64,000 nucleotides of DNA from Neoconidiobolus thromboides FSU 785 (Eukaryota; Fungi; Entomophthoromycota), in contig MU626374.1 in assembly GCA_025603075.1 (NCBI GenBank), forward strand, positions 2,371-66,370, written 5' to 3'. Shown one piece after another: positions 49,910 to 63,865 of the stretch (the first letter of the stretch is position 1; each line of letters opens with the position of its first letter). The notes beneath the pieces were generated by a model. It saw only the letters and a list, made by a program, of their open reading frames with translations, was not told where the DNA came from and ran no database searches. Position numbers and translations under genes: made by a program.

Positions 49910-50841
49910 TTGCACATTTAGTAGCTAGCAATTTAACGGGGTTTGTTTTCATTTTTATGTATTTTTGAAAATAAAATATTTTAAACTACCAAAATCAGTA
50001 ATCTAATGTGACAAAATGCTTTAAAGAAATATTTTGAAATCCACTCTTGTTTCAGTATCTTTTGCATATTCCAAACAGCCTAAGATATAAAAAATATTGG
50101 GTTTTCTCGTATATCCTACCACGAAAAACAAAAGATTGCGTAGAATCTATTCTTGAAGGTACCAATACTACAACAATAAGGTCATTTTTTGCAATGTTGT
50201 CACTGTTTCCCAAAAAAAATCCCAATCGAAAAAGTTACTAATAAGATTGATTTTATACTACAAAAAATTGGGATTAGCTAAAAACTATCTCCTTATCAAA
50301 AAGCTTAGAAGTTTGAATTACAGTTTTAGCCAAAACTACTACTTTTTTAGAGTTAGATTTTTGCAGCAAATATATGGGAAAATCTAATATAGACAAATTC
50401 TTAAAACATGAGTATTTGGAATTTAGATTATTAAGAAATTGAAATACTCATTTATTTAATATCGACAATGTTGTAAAAGATATATAAAGAAATAAACACT
50501 CAACATTAAATTAAAATACCCAACTTTATTATCAACTAAAAAGTATTGATTAGATCCTTTAATAAAATTAATACTTTAGCAGTAAAGAGTAGTTAGAAAT
50601 CATTTGTTTAAAAAACGAGGTAAAAAAGATGTAATTTTTTAACCAACTTTAAAAAAATACAAGTATGAAGTCTAATAAAATTGTAATTCTACTTTAAATA
50701 GATTAGGTAAAACTCTATGATGAAATAAAATAACGTTTCTGTTTTGCCTCATGGGCAACTAATGTAATTGATTGATTATGATATGTAAATATATATATAG
50801 TCTGGAAAATAAAACAATACTAAAATCAAATTCACTATTTA

Positions 50842-51459
50842 ATGCTTTTCAATTTTATCATCATCTTATTCTTATATAATCATCTATCAATATTATGCCT
50901 CAATATTCAAGGTCCACTGTTAAATAGTCAAAAAGGTAAAGTACATAGTAAATTAAAGTTAAAGCATAATACTAATTAAAGCATAGATATATTATCTTCT
51001 AATGCACCAAATAGCTATAGTTTTGATTCAACAAATGATAGCTATGATAGTGATCTTGAATGTGAACTAGCACACTTACCTACTAAGTATCCATTTTCCA
51101 TTGAAATGAACAAATACGCTTCACATATACCAAAAGGTCAATGTACCGAATGGGCGGATGGTAGATACTATCAACTTACCGGCAACCATGCTTTGTTTAA
51201 TGGTGATGCCTATAAGTGGAATGAATTGGCAAGCAATAATCAAGATTGGAAAGTGAGCAAAATTCCTAAGGTACCATCCATAATGGTAACTGAAAAATAT
51301 ACGAACGGAGCAGGGGAATTCGGCCATGTCTCTATAGTGGAATCTATTATTGATCAAAATACAGTGTGTACCTCAAACTGGAATTTTCCTCAAAGAGGCA
51401 AACTTACGCTTAAAAAAGTTAGGATTATTCCTTCTACTTCGTTCATTTATCATAGATAG
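50842..51459 (+). CDS. Secreted CHAP-domain protein, paralog 2 (CHAP-2), 2 exons, 188 aa
   Basis: Signal peptide MLFNFIIILFLYNHLSILC from ATG 50842; phase-1 intron 50936-50986 (gtaaag..ctaat..catag) restores the frame; KYPFSIEMNK..IPKGQCTEWADGRYYQLTG..FGHVSIVES..CTSNWN. Confidence 0.88.
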
Positions 51460-51952
51460 ATTGTGTTTTATATTAGTTGAATGTTTATTTTTAATTAAAG
51501 TTGTTTTAGATAACAAAATGTTAAATCTTGATTTTAATTTAATTGTATTAAAAAATGAATATTTCGGTTAGTATTATTAATAAGTATTAGTCTATTCTTA
51601 GTTTAAATCTATTACTACTGAATTTATAAAAGGGTTGGTCTAAAATCTCCCTCCCTATATAATCTTAATTATTTCTGCTTTAATAGCCTACTCTGGTTAT
51701 ATTATTAACTCGGTTAAATAATTATCCTTACTAAAATCAAACAGATCATAATTGAACAAATAAAAAAATTGCCACAAAATATATCATCCCCATAGAGTCA
51801 TACCTCTCTTTGATACTCGAATAAAACTTTACGCAGCCTTTAACTGCGTATAACATTGCTTGATTTAGATCAAAATATTAATGGTTTACATAGCTTTAAT
51901 AGGAATAGATATCAAGTATGCACTTCATGTAGAAGTGATCAAACTAATAGAA

Positions 51953-52540
51953 TTAGTTTTCTTTTGTTTCAGTAGAAGGCTTAGTAAAGAATGAGTCTAA
52001 CTCTTGATCAAGCTCTTCTTTGGTTTTTTTAGGACGAGATTCATTGTTACGGCGACCTTTGGTGCGGCGTTGGTTACCACCCCTTCTATTACCGTTACCT
52101 CTCTTATCATTGAATTCACGAGTTGGCCCAACACGAGATGAAATTGGAGCCTTTGCATCTGATGGGGTGTATGGGAGAGCCAATTTCATTGAACGGCCAT
52201 CAAGAGTGACACCATGGTATTTTTTAACAGCAGTGACGGCGTCAATAGAGCGAACAAATATAACCTCACCGGTACCTTGAGACTTTCCATTGGAGTCAAA
52301 GTTGATGTTGGCAGAACGAATACGACCAATTTGACCAAATAATTCTTTGATATCTTCTACGGTTACATTGTAATGAAGATTAGATATCAAAATCTTGTGG
52401 ACATCTTTAAGATCGTTAAGCTCCTTATTTTGTGGAGCTCTACCCCTTCTGTCATTGCCATTCTTGCGTCTAGCGCCACCATTAAAGGTTTTTGAGCTCT
52501 TAATAACATCATCTAATGAAAGATCTAATTGAGACGTCAT
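51953..52540 (-). CDS. YRA1: mRNA export adaptor Yra1/ALYREF (RRM with N and C boxes)
   Basis: LDLSLDDVIK N-box; RRM ILISNLHYNVT..IKELF...GTGEVIF; KKTKEELDQELDSFF C-box. Confidence 0.92.
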   Translation of the reverse strand: MTSQLDLSLDDVIKSSKTFNGGARRKNGNDRRGRAPQNKELNDLKDVHKILISNLHYNVTVEDIKELFGQIGRIRSANINFDSNGKSQGTGEVIFVRSIDAVTAVKKYHGVTLDGRSMKLALPYTPSDAKAPISSRVGPTREFNDKRGNGNRRGGNQRRTKGRRNNESRPKKTKEELDQELDSFFTKPSTETKEN

Positions 52541-52763
52541 GGTAAAGGCTATTAAAGAAAATTAAGAGAGAATTAAAAGTTAATAATGCTTAGTATGGGG
52601 TTTTTATCCTCTTTATACTTTCTTAAGTTTGAAAGAGCCAATCAAAATCGCTTATTTTTAACGATTTTTATGACTGCTTGATCTAATTGGATTGATTTAG
52701 CTTTCAGGAATAAAATTAGTCTTAGCATTGCTTGGTCAATAACAATCTATCCTTATGTTTTAT

Positions 52764-52857
52764 GTGGGATGTTTTTTCAACTTAATAATTTGTTTATTAC
52801 CTATCCAGCTTTAAATCTGAAAAATTATATTAGGATTCTTATGCAAAAAAACATTTT
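52764..52857 (-). mobile_element. Old, degenerate MITE copy
   Basis: gtgggatgttttttcaacttaataattt...gattcttatgcaaaaaaacattt loosely follows the consensus. Confidence 0.45.
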
Positions 52858-52883
52858 AATTTATTCTAAAATGCCTATTAATT

Positions 52884-52978
52884 GAGGGTATTTTTTTGAC
52901 TTCATTTTTTCCATCTTTTAAGCACTATTTGAGTGGAAAGATTGTTAGTAAAATCCTTAAATACAAAAATACATTCCC
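52884..52978 (-). mobile_element. ~98-bp MITE copy
   Basis: aatt|GAGGGTATTTTTTTG...AAAAATACATTCCC|aatt; TSD AATT. Confidence 0.85.
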
Positions 52979-53680
52979 AATTTTTAAAGTTTATAAAGCG
53001 TTATTTTAAGAACAACATAAAGATAACAAGAGATTCAACGTAATGTAGAATGAACTTTATAATAGTATACACTGAAAGCATCTATGTCTTTATCCTTTTA
53101 AGTACACGCTTTTTTTGACTATTAAGTTGCTTTTATGAAAGCATTTGATTAATTGAAACTATCCACTCCTTGCAAATGAATTCTATCCAGCAGCAGTATA
53201 TTTAATTATAGAAGAGCATGAGTAACAATTTTATACAAATTATATACTTTGTGGTATTTCCAAAATAGCCTCGGATACAAAACACCAAGGACTTAAAAAT
53301 TTGTAATGATTTCTTTACTAGCTGTCAATTGTCAAATCCACTGTTAGATTGAACTTAGCTTAAAGATATTTATGTACTGAAAATAAAAAGAGGATGATCA
53401 AATGTTAAGATAGCTGATAGAGCTATCATCTTTAAATTTGAATAGTTCTAATATAAAAGGCTTTTGTTTAATACTTTTTCGCTTCAAGATTAAATGAATT
53501 ACATTAAGATTAAGTGAATTTACATTATTGGCTTGACAGATGCAAATATTTAAATTTATCTGTAGAACCTATAGAATCAGCAAATAAGATAACTTCACAT
53601 AAAAAAAATTGCAAAAAGCTTCAACCTATTAAATTTAGGTATAACAACGAATCAAATCAAACTAAAAATTCAAAAAAAAA

Positions 53681-53712
53681 ACGCGTTTTGGCAATTCAAA
53701 TTGAAATTTCAA
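53681..53712 (+). promoter_or_regulatory. Putative histone H3 promoter module: MCB-like ACGCGT plus palindrome TTGAAATTTCAA
   Basis: The same two motifs, in the same order and at similar spacing, occur upstream of the second H3. Confidence 0.5.
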
Positions 53713-53849
53713 TTTTACAAAAAACTAAAATTTCCAAATTAGGCAAAAGCTCAAGTTTAGCTTTAAGTTCAAATTCAAATTTTAAATTTTAAAAAAAGTA
53801 TAAAAGGCTAAAAGATTTAACTTAAATCAAAAAATTATTAACTATTTAA

Positions 53850-54263
<414 letters not shown>

Positions 54264-54768
54264 ACACTGAGCTATTTATAAGTCCTATAACATGTATCTT
54301 AATTTTATTAAATAGGTATTGGTGTATCACCAATAAAAATATTAATCCTTTAATTGTCATTTAAATTTGATATGCTCATAAAACGTTTTTGTAAAGTTTA
54401 AATAAAACATTTTATAAACTATATCTTAGTTTAGAGCTCTGATTTTTTTAGTATTTAAGGATTATATGTAATTTTAGAAAATAAGACAAACAAAACAGGC
54501 AGTTTACCTCAATATTAAAGTATAAATGTTAAAATTTTTCATTTTAAGTATTGCTCTTATTTTCCAGGTTTATGCTTTTTTATACACAATAATAACCTCT
54601 AAAATACTTGACTGAAAACCTAGTTTCTCCATAGTGCAAACTTTATGGCGTTTTTATCATTTGCTATGAATTAATGCAAGGGAATTAGGAATTTGAAAAA
54701 TCCATCCTATTTATAGTTTAGTATTAGCACAGCCCCATTAATTATCTTCAAACTCCCACTGCCTTTAA

Positions 54769-54847
54769 AGAGCAGTATACCTCTATATCCTTCCTGTTTG
54801 TCTTTTTTCTATATTTTACTAAAGTTCCGATTGAAGATTACTGCTCT
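54769..54847. mobile_element. 79-bp miniature inverted-repeat element with TTAA duplication (Kolobok-like ends)
   Basis: ttaa|AGAGCAGTA...TACTGCTCT|ttaa; only one copy seen. Confidence 0.4.
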
Positions 54848-55317
54848 TTAAATAATAAATATTACCAGCACATACAACATGTATCTTAAAGCATAAGTTT
54901 GAGAAAATGTTAAACCACTTTTTTATTTCTTATTTATGATAGCTGATATTGAACTAAACAAAAAAAGTTTTATCCTTTAGCTGATGCTTTACTGTGTCAT
55001 TTATATTTTGATAAAATTTTATTTTATTTTATTTATCTTTGGCAAATTTGAACTAAAATCATTTTAAAAATCACTTTCGCTTTTATTCACTTTCAAACTA
55101 CATCAACAATATAGTAAATCCTTTGTTGTAACTGAATTCAAATGACTTAAAACATAATATAGAAACATAAAACAGAAAGTAGCCTCATCATAAACAATTT
55201 TTCAAAAAAAGAAATAATATTTTTAATCAGCCAAAACAAATAATAATGAAAAAAAGCCATGTTAACATTTCTACTTGCAGTGTGCAAAAATGTCTTCAAG
55301 TGTAAAAAAGATGAATT

Positions 55318-58300
55318 TTAACTCGACTTAGGCACTCCCTTATTGAATGTAACGCAACGCTCCATAAACTCAATGAGTTCTGCCTGATCTTTAATAAATG
55401 GTTGTTCTACGAGTGCATACACTGGATCTTCATAAAGATCTGTAAGTAAGCACCAGATGCCCCATGGTACTGGGTTCTTTAATACTACACGGTCAATTAA
55501 GACTCTATAAAATAATAAGCAACTTGCTTACAGCATAATAGTTAATGTAATTACCTTATAATCTGTTCCTTAGCAAAGATGTTGGTAGCGGTGGAATATA
55601 GACCAAGGATCACCTGAGAAAAGTAACAGGTATGCAAGTTAGGATATCTTAGTTGACAGATCAAAGCATTCAAAAAGATAAAGCGACCTAAAAATAAACT
55701 CAATATCAAATAAGTTTAAAACATCAAACTTCTAGTATTACCTTGTGGATCAAAGTCAATTAATAATTTCTGATAAATATCCATAGCAGACTGGCGTGGA
55801 GTAGAAGCATTTTTATCTGGGTTAGTTTGTAAGTCAGTAATACCGACAAAGAGAGCAAGGCAATAGATAAGGGATTGATCATACTCTTGCATCTCTTCTG
55901 TTTTATATAATTTGGCTTTCAGATCGACTAAAAACTCAATCTGATCTCTATCCGTTATATGGTTGCGAATGAAATCGGCGATTCCCTTCTTTTCCAAGGG
56001 TGTGGTATAATCGGAAAATACAGGTGGTGCAACCAAATACTCGGGTTTAGGATTACTGCTATAGTATTTAAAGGAAGGTCTGGGATACTCAAAGTTAGCA
56101 GGGGTAGCAGCCGAAATCAAGGATGAAATCTGAGCACAAGAGATGGGAAGTTCAGATACCAATCCAAAATGATGTGAAACCATAAACTGTGGGTAATCAT
56201 GCATGACAGAAATAGTTAAGCGAATAGCTCCAAGGTAGAAATCCCATCCAGTTTTTGAATGGGTTGGCACCATGATCGTAGATAAAAATCGGAAAAGATA
56301 ACTGAATTGCACCTGAGCATGCTCCCAGCCTCGTTTGTTGTCTAGAGCCATAAGCTTGGGGAAGAATAGCTTGTGTGAGATTAGGCTTACCCAAGCATAA
56401 GCAAAGCCAGGCAATATTTCAGGTTGTAAGGGTGATAATGATTTATTAAATGCTAATATTAAATTAGGTTGGATAGCAATAAGCTTGTCTTCTTGAGAAT
56501 TGAGATGGTAAAGTATGCTTGAATAAAGTCTATAAAATGGTTTAGGATTGAAGCTTTTTTCTTTTTTATGATGAGCATGGACTAACATAAGAGCCAACAC
56601 AGTCAAAGTATTGGTAAACAATCCAGTACGTGAAGCATGAGTTTCATTGTGTTGATCTTGAGCATAGATAATGATAGTGATAATCATTTTAGCCATCGAA
56701 TCAATATGGTGGTAAATTGGTTTACTCATATCGATTTCATCTTTAGAATTCTCAGCATATAGATCAAATGAAATTTGTACTGAAGTTCTGATAAACATTG
56801 CCATCATCTGCTCATCTTGAAGGATACCATGTTGAGATAACTTAGAAACAAACTCATAATAATCCTTTTCATTAGGATTTGACAACATATAAACCCTTGT
56901 CCACTCATTATAATAAAAGTGGCAAGTGTTTTGTAATTCTTGTTCTCTCTTTTTACTGTCATATTGATTCTTAATATCATCAAGGATGGCCATGATTTGT
57001 TCTGAAGTATGGTTCATTCGAGACAATTTAAGCAAGCCTTCTCTGGTATGAGCGAAGCTATCCAAGTTGCCAACGCATGGTTCATCTAAAATACATCTAC
57101 TAATCAATTTAAGACTGTAATCAACGATATCCCCTCTTCCTTGTTGTATTAATTTGCCCAAATACTCATCAAGTTCGTCAAATTCAAGCAAGTCATTGAT
57201 GATTAAAGACTTAGTAATCACAGGATTATATTTGTAAACATCTTCTGAGTAGATAAAGAAATGATTAACTCTTCTGGTAACAATGTTTGAAAGAGGACAT
57301 AAACGGGTTAAAAGATGGATATACACTTGTTGGGCTCCATTTGACTTGGCAGAATAAATACGCGTAATATATTTCTTAGCGATTTCATAAAGAAGCACAT
57401 CCCTTCTGGCAATATGATTTAAAATCTCATCAATCGCATTGAATATCTTAAACATCATCGTTTGGTCAAGTGCATCTTTATCTTCTTGTAAGATATCTAA
57501 TCGACGATCTAAACCATTGATAATATTTAATAAATTATCTAAGGCTCTTTCATCTGAAGCTTGTAGTCTAAGTTGGTCCTCACCATTACGTATGTATTCC
57601 AAAGTTTCAGGTTGCAAATGATTGATAAATTCCTCTTTACTGACTTCATCAGGTATTTCAAACTTTAAGAGATTAAATCGTTGATATAACCTTAATTGAG
57701 CAGGTGTAACGCCAGTTGGTTTTAACTTCAAAATTTCTGGTGCCATTGGTGGTAATTGGTTACTAGCGTTGTAGTTGCCTACATCATAATATGACTGTCC
57801 TCTGGCTTCTCTCGTTTTCTTACGGTTACCGATGGCATCTTGTAAGTATTGGTCAATAAAACGTGGAGCATCTTTAAGAGCCATTGTTTGGATGGCATAC
57901 AAACCAACTCTTACATTATTCGTAACAACATCTTCAAGCTCTTTTGGAGCTTGAATTAATGGAAAGAGATTATTCTTTACTAATTGTTCTCTTAAGGCAT
58001 CCATAAAACATTTGATAAATGACTCTTTATAATTGGCATGGATATATGCAACCACAGTGGAGCCACTCATTTGATGAGCAGCTTGACGAAGTTTTTCTTC
58101 ATCAGGCTCCATGGCGAAGTCTTTGGTAATAAGCACTTTAGTAAATTGAAATACAATGGGCAAGGCATGTTCTTTGACTTCAAGGTAGGTTTTTGTGATG
58201 GCGACTTCAAGTGCAATAAATGCAGCCATGGTAAGGTTTTTATCCTGAGCGAACGAAGAATTGGGATCGATATAAACATGTTTATTTAAGTTTTTGATAT

Positions 58301-60990
58301 CGAATAGTTCGCCATTGATCTTCATACCAACCGTTCTTGAAATTTCTTGATCTGCATAAAGCTCGATATTCATGAGGAGATTGGAGGGTTCAATGTCATT
58401 AGTCTTTAAATTAAATTTATTAAATAACATCTCAATCTCAAAATTTAAATTATTTTTGCTGCCTGGTATTTTTGACAATTCAAGTAAAAACTTTAAAATA
58501 CCCATCAACCAAGGATTTGGTGGTAAGAATACATCTCCTTTGATTCCCTGTGCTAATACTTTACATGTAAATGGAATAGCAACAATTAATCTCTTATCTA
58601 AATAGCCTTCAATTAAGGTGCCCTAAATATTATTAGTAACTGTATTAAAATGACACTATAATTTAACTTACCTTTAAATAAAGTTTATCGTGCAAAATAG
58701 GCTTATTTTTAGCTAAAGTGATGGCACCTAACCAACTACCCAATGTTTTTAACAAGGCTCTTTCATCTGCAGAATTGGCTGTGCCCTCAGATTTTAAAAG
58801 AATGTGAATGTTCTTATAGGTATCATCCAAAATCATGTTACTCAATTCCTGCTCAGCCACCATATCCAAAAATTGGAGGTAAACAGGATGATTATTGATC
58901 TCAGTACTGATTCTTCTTACAACGATATAATCACTGAAAAAGGAATAAGCAGAATTATTGATGATCGATTTGAATTCTTTGACCTTGTCTGCGATATTTG
59001 TACTCGATAAATTATTAATTAAGAATACCAATTTCTCTTGCAGTTCTTTGTTCAATTCAATATCTCCTTGCTTTTGTTTGGAACTTAGTAAAGTATCAAC
59101 CGAAGCGGCACTAAAGGAAGGTGCGCCCTTTTCTTGTGGACTATTGAAGCTGTTTTGGTTAAAAGTCAAATCGTTTAAGTGTTCATTATCTTCAGAATCA
59201 TCATAATTTTGTGGTGGATTTACTCTACTTACATCTTCGGCTTGTGAACCAATGTTCTCCTGATAAAACGTAGGAATAGTCTCAAGGAGATGAGGCTGCT
59301 TCTTGAAGAATTCATCTAATAAAGGTATCTTGTTAATACACCCTTTGATTTGTGACATAGCAATCAACGAAAAGTTATTTAACTTTGATTTTTTAGGCTT
59401 GTTAAGACCATTAGCAATACACAACACAAGCATCTTATTATAACTATAAATTATAGCTTTTTGGGCTACTAATTGTCCTAATAAAAGTGCAGTAAGCCCA
59501 AGTTCCATATCAGGGTAAGCTGTTAATTGATAGTACTCTTCAATTAAAAGAGCAATTGAAGAGGCATAAAGAGCTAACTTTCTGGGCTCAGTAGAACTGC
59601 GATAATTAATCAAAATTTCTGCCAAATCAGAAGGACGAAATTGGCTTCTGTATAAGCGCTCATATAAGCTATTGACTTCTTTTTCAACATCACTAGGAAA
59701 CTTAAGAAAGATATTATCTTGCTGAATAAAATCCAATAATAGTTGTTGGAAAGGGGAGTAATGATCAGTTAAAACCTTAAGGCAGGCTTTGATATGGACC
59801 TCTTGTGTACGGGTGATCTTATTTTTTAAAAAAATCTGAAAAAAGACTGCGATTGTTTCATATGTTAAATTATCTAAGTCGCCTAATTCTGCTTCAGGCA
59901 CGAGTTTCTTGTGCACACGACGAATAAAATCCAATACTTTAACTAAAAAGACGTCATCAAACGCATCAAATTTATCCTCAATCCAGTGCTGGAAATTAAT
60001 GTATCGCTTTTGATAAGCCAAAGCAATCAGAGGAAGTGTAAAATCGAAATCATTAGAGAAGTAAAGTGCACTTATTAAATCCAATTCTTTAAATATTCGT
60101 ATGGTAGGAACAAGGTACTTATCATCTGAAATAGTACAATGATACATACCTTCAAAAAGAGCTGTACTATCTAAGATCCAATTCATGTACAAAGAAAAGG
60201 AACCATCAAGCGTGCCATCCAAAAACTGAGCATATAATTTGCTAAGAGTGTTTCTATGCCAAATATTTTTAAATGGTAAAAAGATAATCAAGCCTAAAAA
60301 AATCAAATCAGGATCGGTTTTTAAACCTTCTTCAAAGAGAACAAAGGCAGGTGACTTATCAGACTTATTAATGTTCATCAAACAAGTTTCAATGAGATGG
60401 ACATTGATCCATGGACTAGAACTGAGTTGATTGGCCCTCTCCCTAATTCTTGGATCACTTAAGGAGGCTGGGTTAGGCAAAACACTATGTACAGACAAGG
60501 TAGCAATATTAATTAACTCTGTAGGTGCAGCTATGGCTTGAGACAAAAAGGAAAACTGAACTTCTTTGCACTTCCAAATCTCCCAAAACACCGTAATAGG
60601 ATGAAACTCATTGGAGCGAGTAATATATTTATACGACATGATAGCTACTGTGATGGAATCAAGCGTTTCAAATACGATACCAGGCTTATCTAAGCTAAAA
60701 AAAGCTTTACGCCAGTCTAAAGGTTTAGCTAAGCGTGCAAAAAAGGTAGATAAGCTTTCAATGAACATGGGGATCATGGTTTTGGATATAAAGAATCCAG
60801 AATCTTGATCATTTTTACTATTGGTCCAGTTCACCAGAACTGAAAGAATCGCACCATACACTTCTTCAAGCGCCGTTTGCTCACTAAGCTGGATTTCATC
60901 TAAAAGACTTTGGATAGCACCAACAGATTCTAAGCAAGGTGGTCCTTTTTGAATAATGGCTTTTCGGATAACGTCAAAAGTGGTTGGCAT
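55318..60990 (-). CDS. NOT1: CCR4-NOT complex scaffold subunit 1 (multi-exon)
   Basis: FLINNLSSTNIADKVKE, RRISTEINNHPVYLQF, LKTLGSWLGAITLAKNKPI, DFAMEPDEEKLRQAAHQM, LPGFAYAWVSLISHKLFFPKLM, QLRYPNLHTCYFS, PVPWG; last stop at 55318. Confidence 0.96.
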
Positions 60991-61399
60991 GATAAAAATA
61001 GATTGCTGTTAGTTTTTCAGGGTTAAAGTGTTAGGTCTAGAAATAGATTGGAACTTTTTTGTTTTAGAAATATTAAATTAAATAGCACTTCTTTTAAAAA
61101 AGATATCTTAGTTTATACACAACGTCAGTAATAAATCTACAAACTTTTTTAGTAACGACGATTGAAAAAGTGAGTTTATCTAAAATTTAAGTGTTAGTTA
61201 GTAGTTAATGTTGGCACATTATATTGTGATAATTCAATTTATAAAAATATAATTTGAATAATGAATAAACTCACCTGATTTTGTATTTCAAAAGAAAAAA
61301 ATAATAAAATAGAACAATCCCAAAGTAATTTATACAATTTTAAGCCTTCTAGAATTAATCTATTAGTTTAACATTCCTTAATTGAATTCTCTTACTTAC

Positions 61400-61850
61400 G
61401 GATAGTGGCTAACAAGGTGGGATAATAATTTTAGATACAAAAGCTGGAGTTGAAAATCTTGGTACTTCAACATAAGTTAAAATTGTGCAATGAATTGTAG
61501 CCAATTAAAATAGGCGAACTCAAAGCTCATGCAAAATAGCAAAAATAAAGTCCAACTTTAAGTTTTGATTACGTGGGGAGGGGATAGTGCCATAAAGCTG
61601 GCTTTTAACATTGTTCGAATGTAAATAGTGAATTTCTTATGCTATTTTATTACAAAGCCAAATTCTAAATGGCTGTACTTTAACTATAAATCATTAGAAT
61701 TTTTGTTATCTGAAATTGTCACAAAATTTCTTATAATTGCTTAGCAAAGTAAGGAGAATTTTAAATTGGTCTATTTCAAGCCAATCTAAAGCTATTTAAA
61801 TAGTCAATTTTTTGATGGGCTATTTTGTACTAAATAAAATTAGATAAAAT
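61400..61850 (+). mobile_element. Possible decayed Tc1-like transposase relic
   Basis: ITWGGDSA (cf. MVWG.IS), NVNSEF, and SSQSKAI*IVNF*WAIL (cf. PSQSPDLNPIENFWAIL) in broken frames. Confidence 0.3.
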
Positions 61851-62244
61851 TAGTAGAATTAGGATATGATAATTTTAGCCCAAATTTGATTTAAATTGTT
61901 TCAAGTTAGCTAGTGTGACTTGGGGAATTTAGCCATTGAAATAATGAGTTTATCGTTAACTATATTATTAAGTTTATATATTAAATATGTTTACATTATA
62001 GTTTTACAATATAAATATTAACTATTACAGTTGTTGACCCTATGGTTGAAACAAGATAGAAAACCATTATTTATATACTAATTTTTAATTTTATTACGTA
62101 ATTTATAAATCCTTATAATTCACGTTATATATAGTTATTGAGATTTTGTCTCCATTAATTATATAAAATATTAACTTAAAGCCTCTATAATTATTCATCA
62201 GATAAATAAAATTTATTAAATCTCAAAAATAAATATAACTCTAT

Positions 62245-63026
62245 TCACGTCTTTACCAAAGCGACTAATGAAAACTCCAAGGTATTAGACTTATCTTCCA
62301 TAATCTTTTTCAAAGCTTGAGAGGCCTTGCTTAGAAGCTCATCCTTTTTACAAGAGCCGTGTGAGTATGGCCCATCTTTATTGCCATCAAACTCAACCAA
62401 TACACCGTTACGTTCAACAAAAGTAACAAAGTGTAAGTTAACTTCAGCATCTTTACCAAGAGCTTGGGTTTGTCCTAATTCTGAAAATTCTTCATGAATA
62501 GCAGCCATTTCACTACTGGTTTCTAATACTTCAGATCTTTCTTTTGACTTTAACCCCTTAGTTGCATTGTAAAAAGAATTTAAAGGTCCAGGAGCTAGAT
62601 TTTTGATTAAAATATGTATAATGATCGAAGACATAATAATTGGTTACCTAGTTTAATTATATCCAAGTTATTTAAAATTGCATGTAAAATTGCCATAGTA
62701 CCACAAGCGTTACCAATTGTCTGGTTAACAAAGTAAATATCATCAGTTATAGAGTTTTTACTACCTTTCAGTGGCGAGGTCTAAACATTCAAAATTTAAT
62801 TTAAAAAATAAGTAATAAATTCACTTACACTATCCTCATTCAAGGGAAATAGAGCAATTAATGCAAGCATTGGCTTAGGGTAAAAATCGAACGTTTCTGG
62901 GTCCAAGGAATAGATATCGATGAACTCATACTCCTTTGGGACACCTAAATTTTGAACATATTCCGTAAGTGACTCTGGGTTACTTTCTAAAGGTTGCCAT
63001 TTGATTTTCTTTGCACTTGCACTCAT
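62245..63026 (-). CDS. YUH1: Ubiquitin C-terminal hydrolase, UCH-L3/Yuh1 family (multi-exon)
   Basis: KWQPLESNPE, QTIGNACGTMAILHAILNN, LHFVTFV..EFDG..GPYSHG. Confidence 0.95.
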
Positions 63027-63344
63027 TTTTTGCTAAAAGTGATTATCGCTTTTTAATAAAAAATAGATCATCATTTGTTTATGTCAACATTTTATAAAGA
63101 AATCAATGACCAATCAAAACGAAAGTTTAGATTATTAAGAATTCTATGGAAAGTAGTAATACTATTATGTTGAGCTGAATGGCATATTATAAAAACACAA
63201 TCAATATAATAGAATATGACTTGTTCAATTAAATAAGGGTATAACTTTAAATTCCGTACAATACTTAGAGAAGCTTGACTATACTTTATTAAAATTAATA
63301 AAAAATAATCAGCAGCACTAAATTTATTTTAAAATAAATAAAAT

Positions 63345-63854
<510 letters not shown>

Positions 63855-63865
63855 TTATTAAAAAC

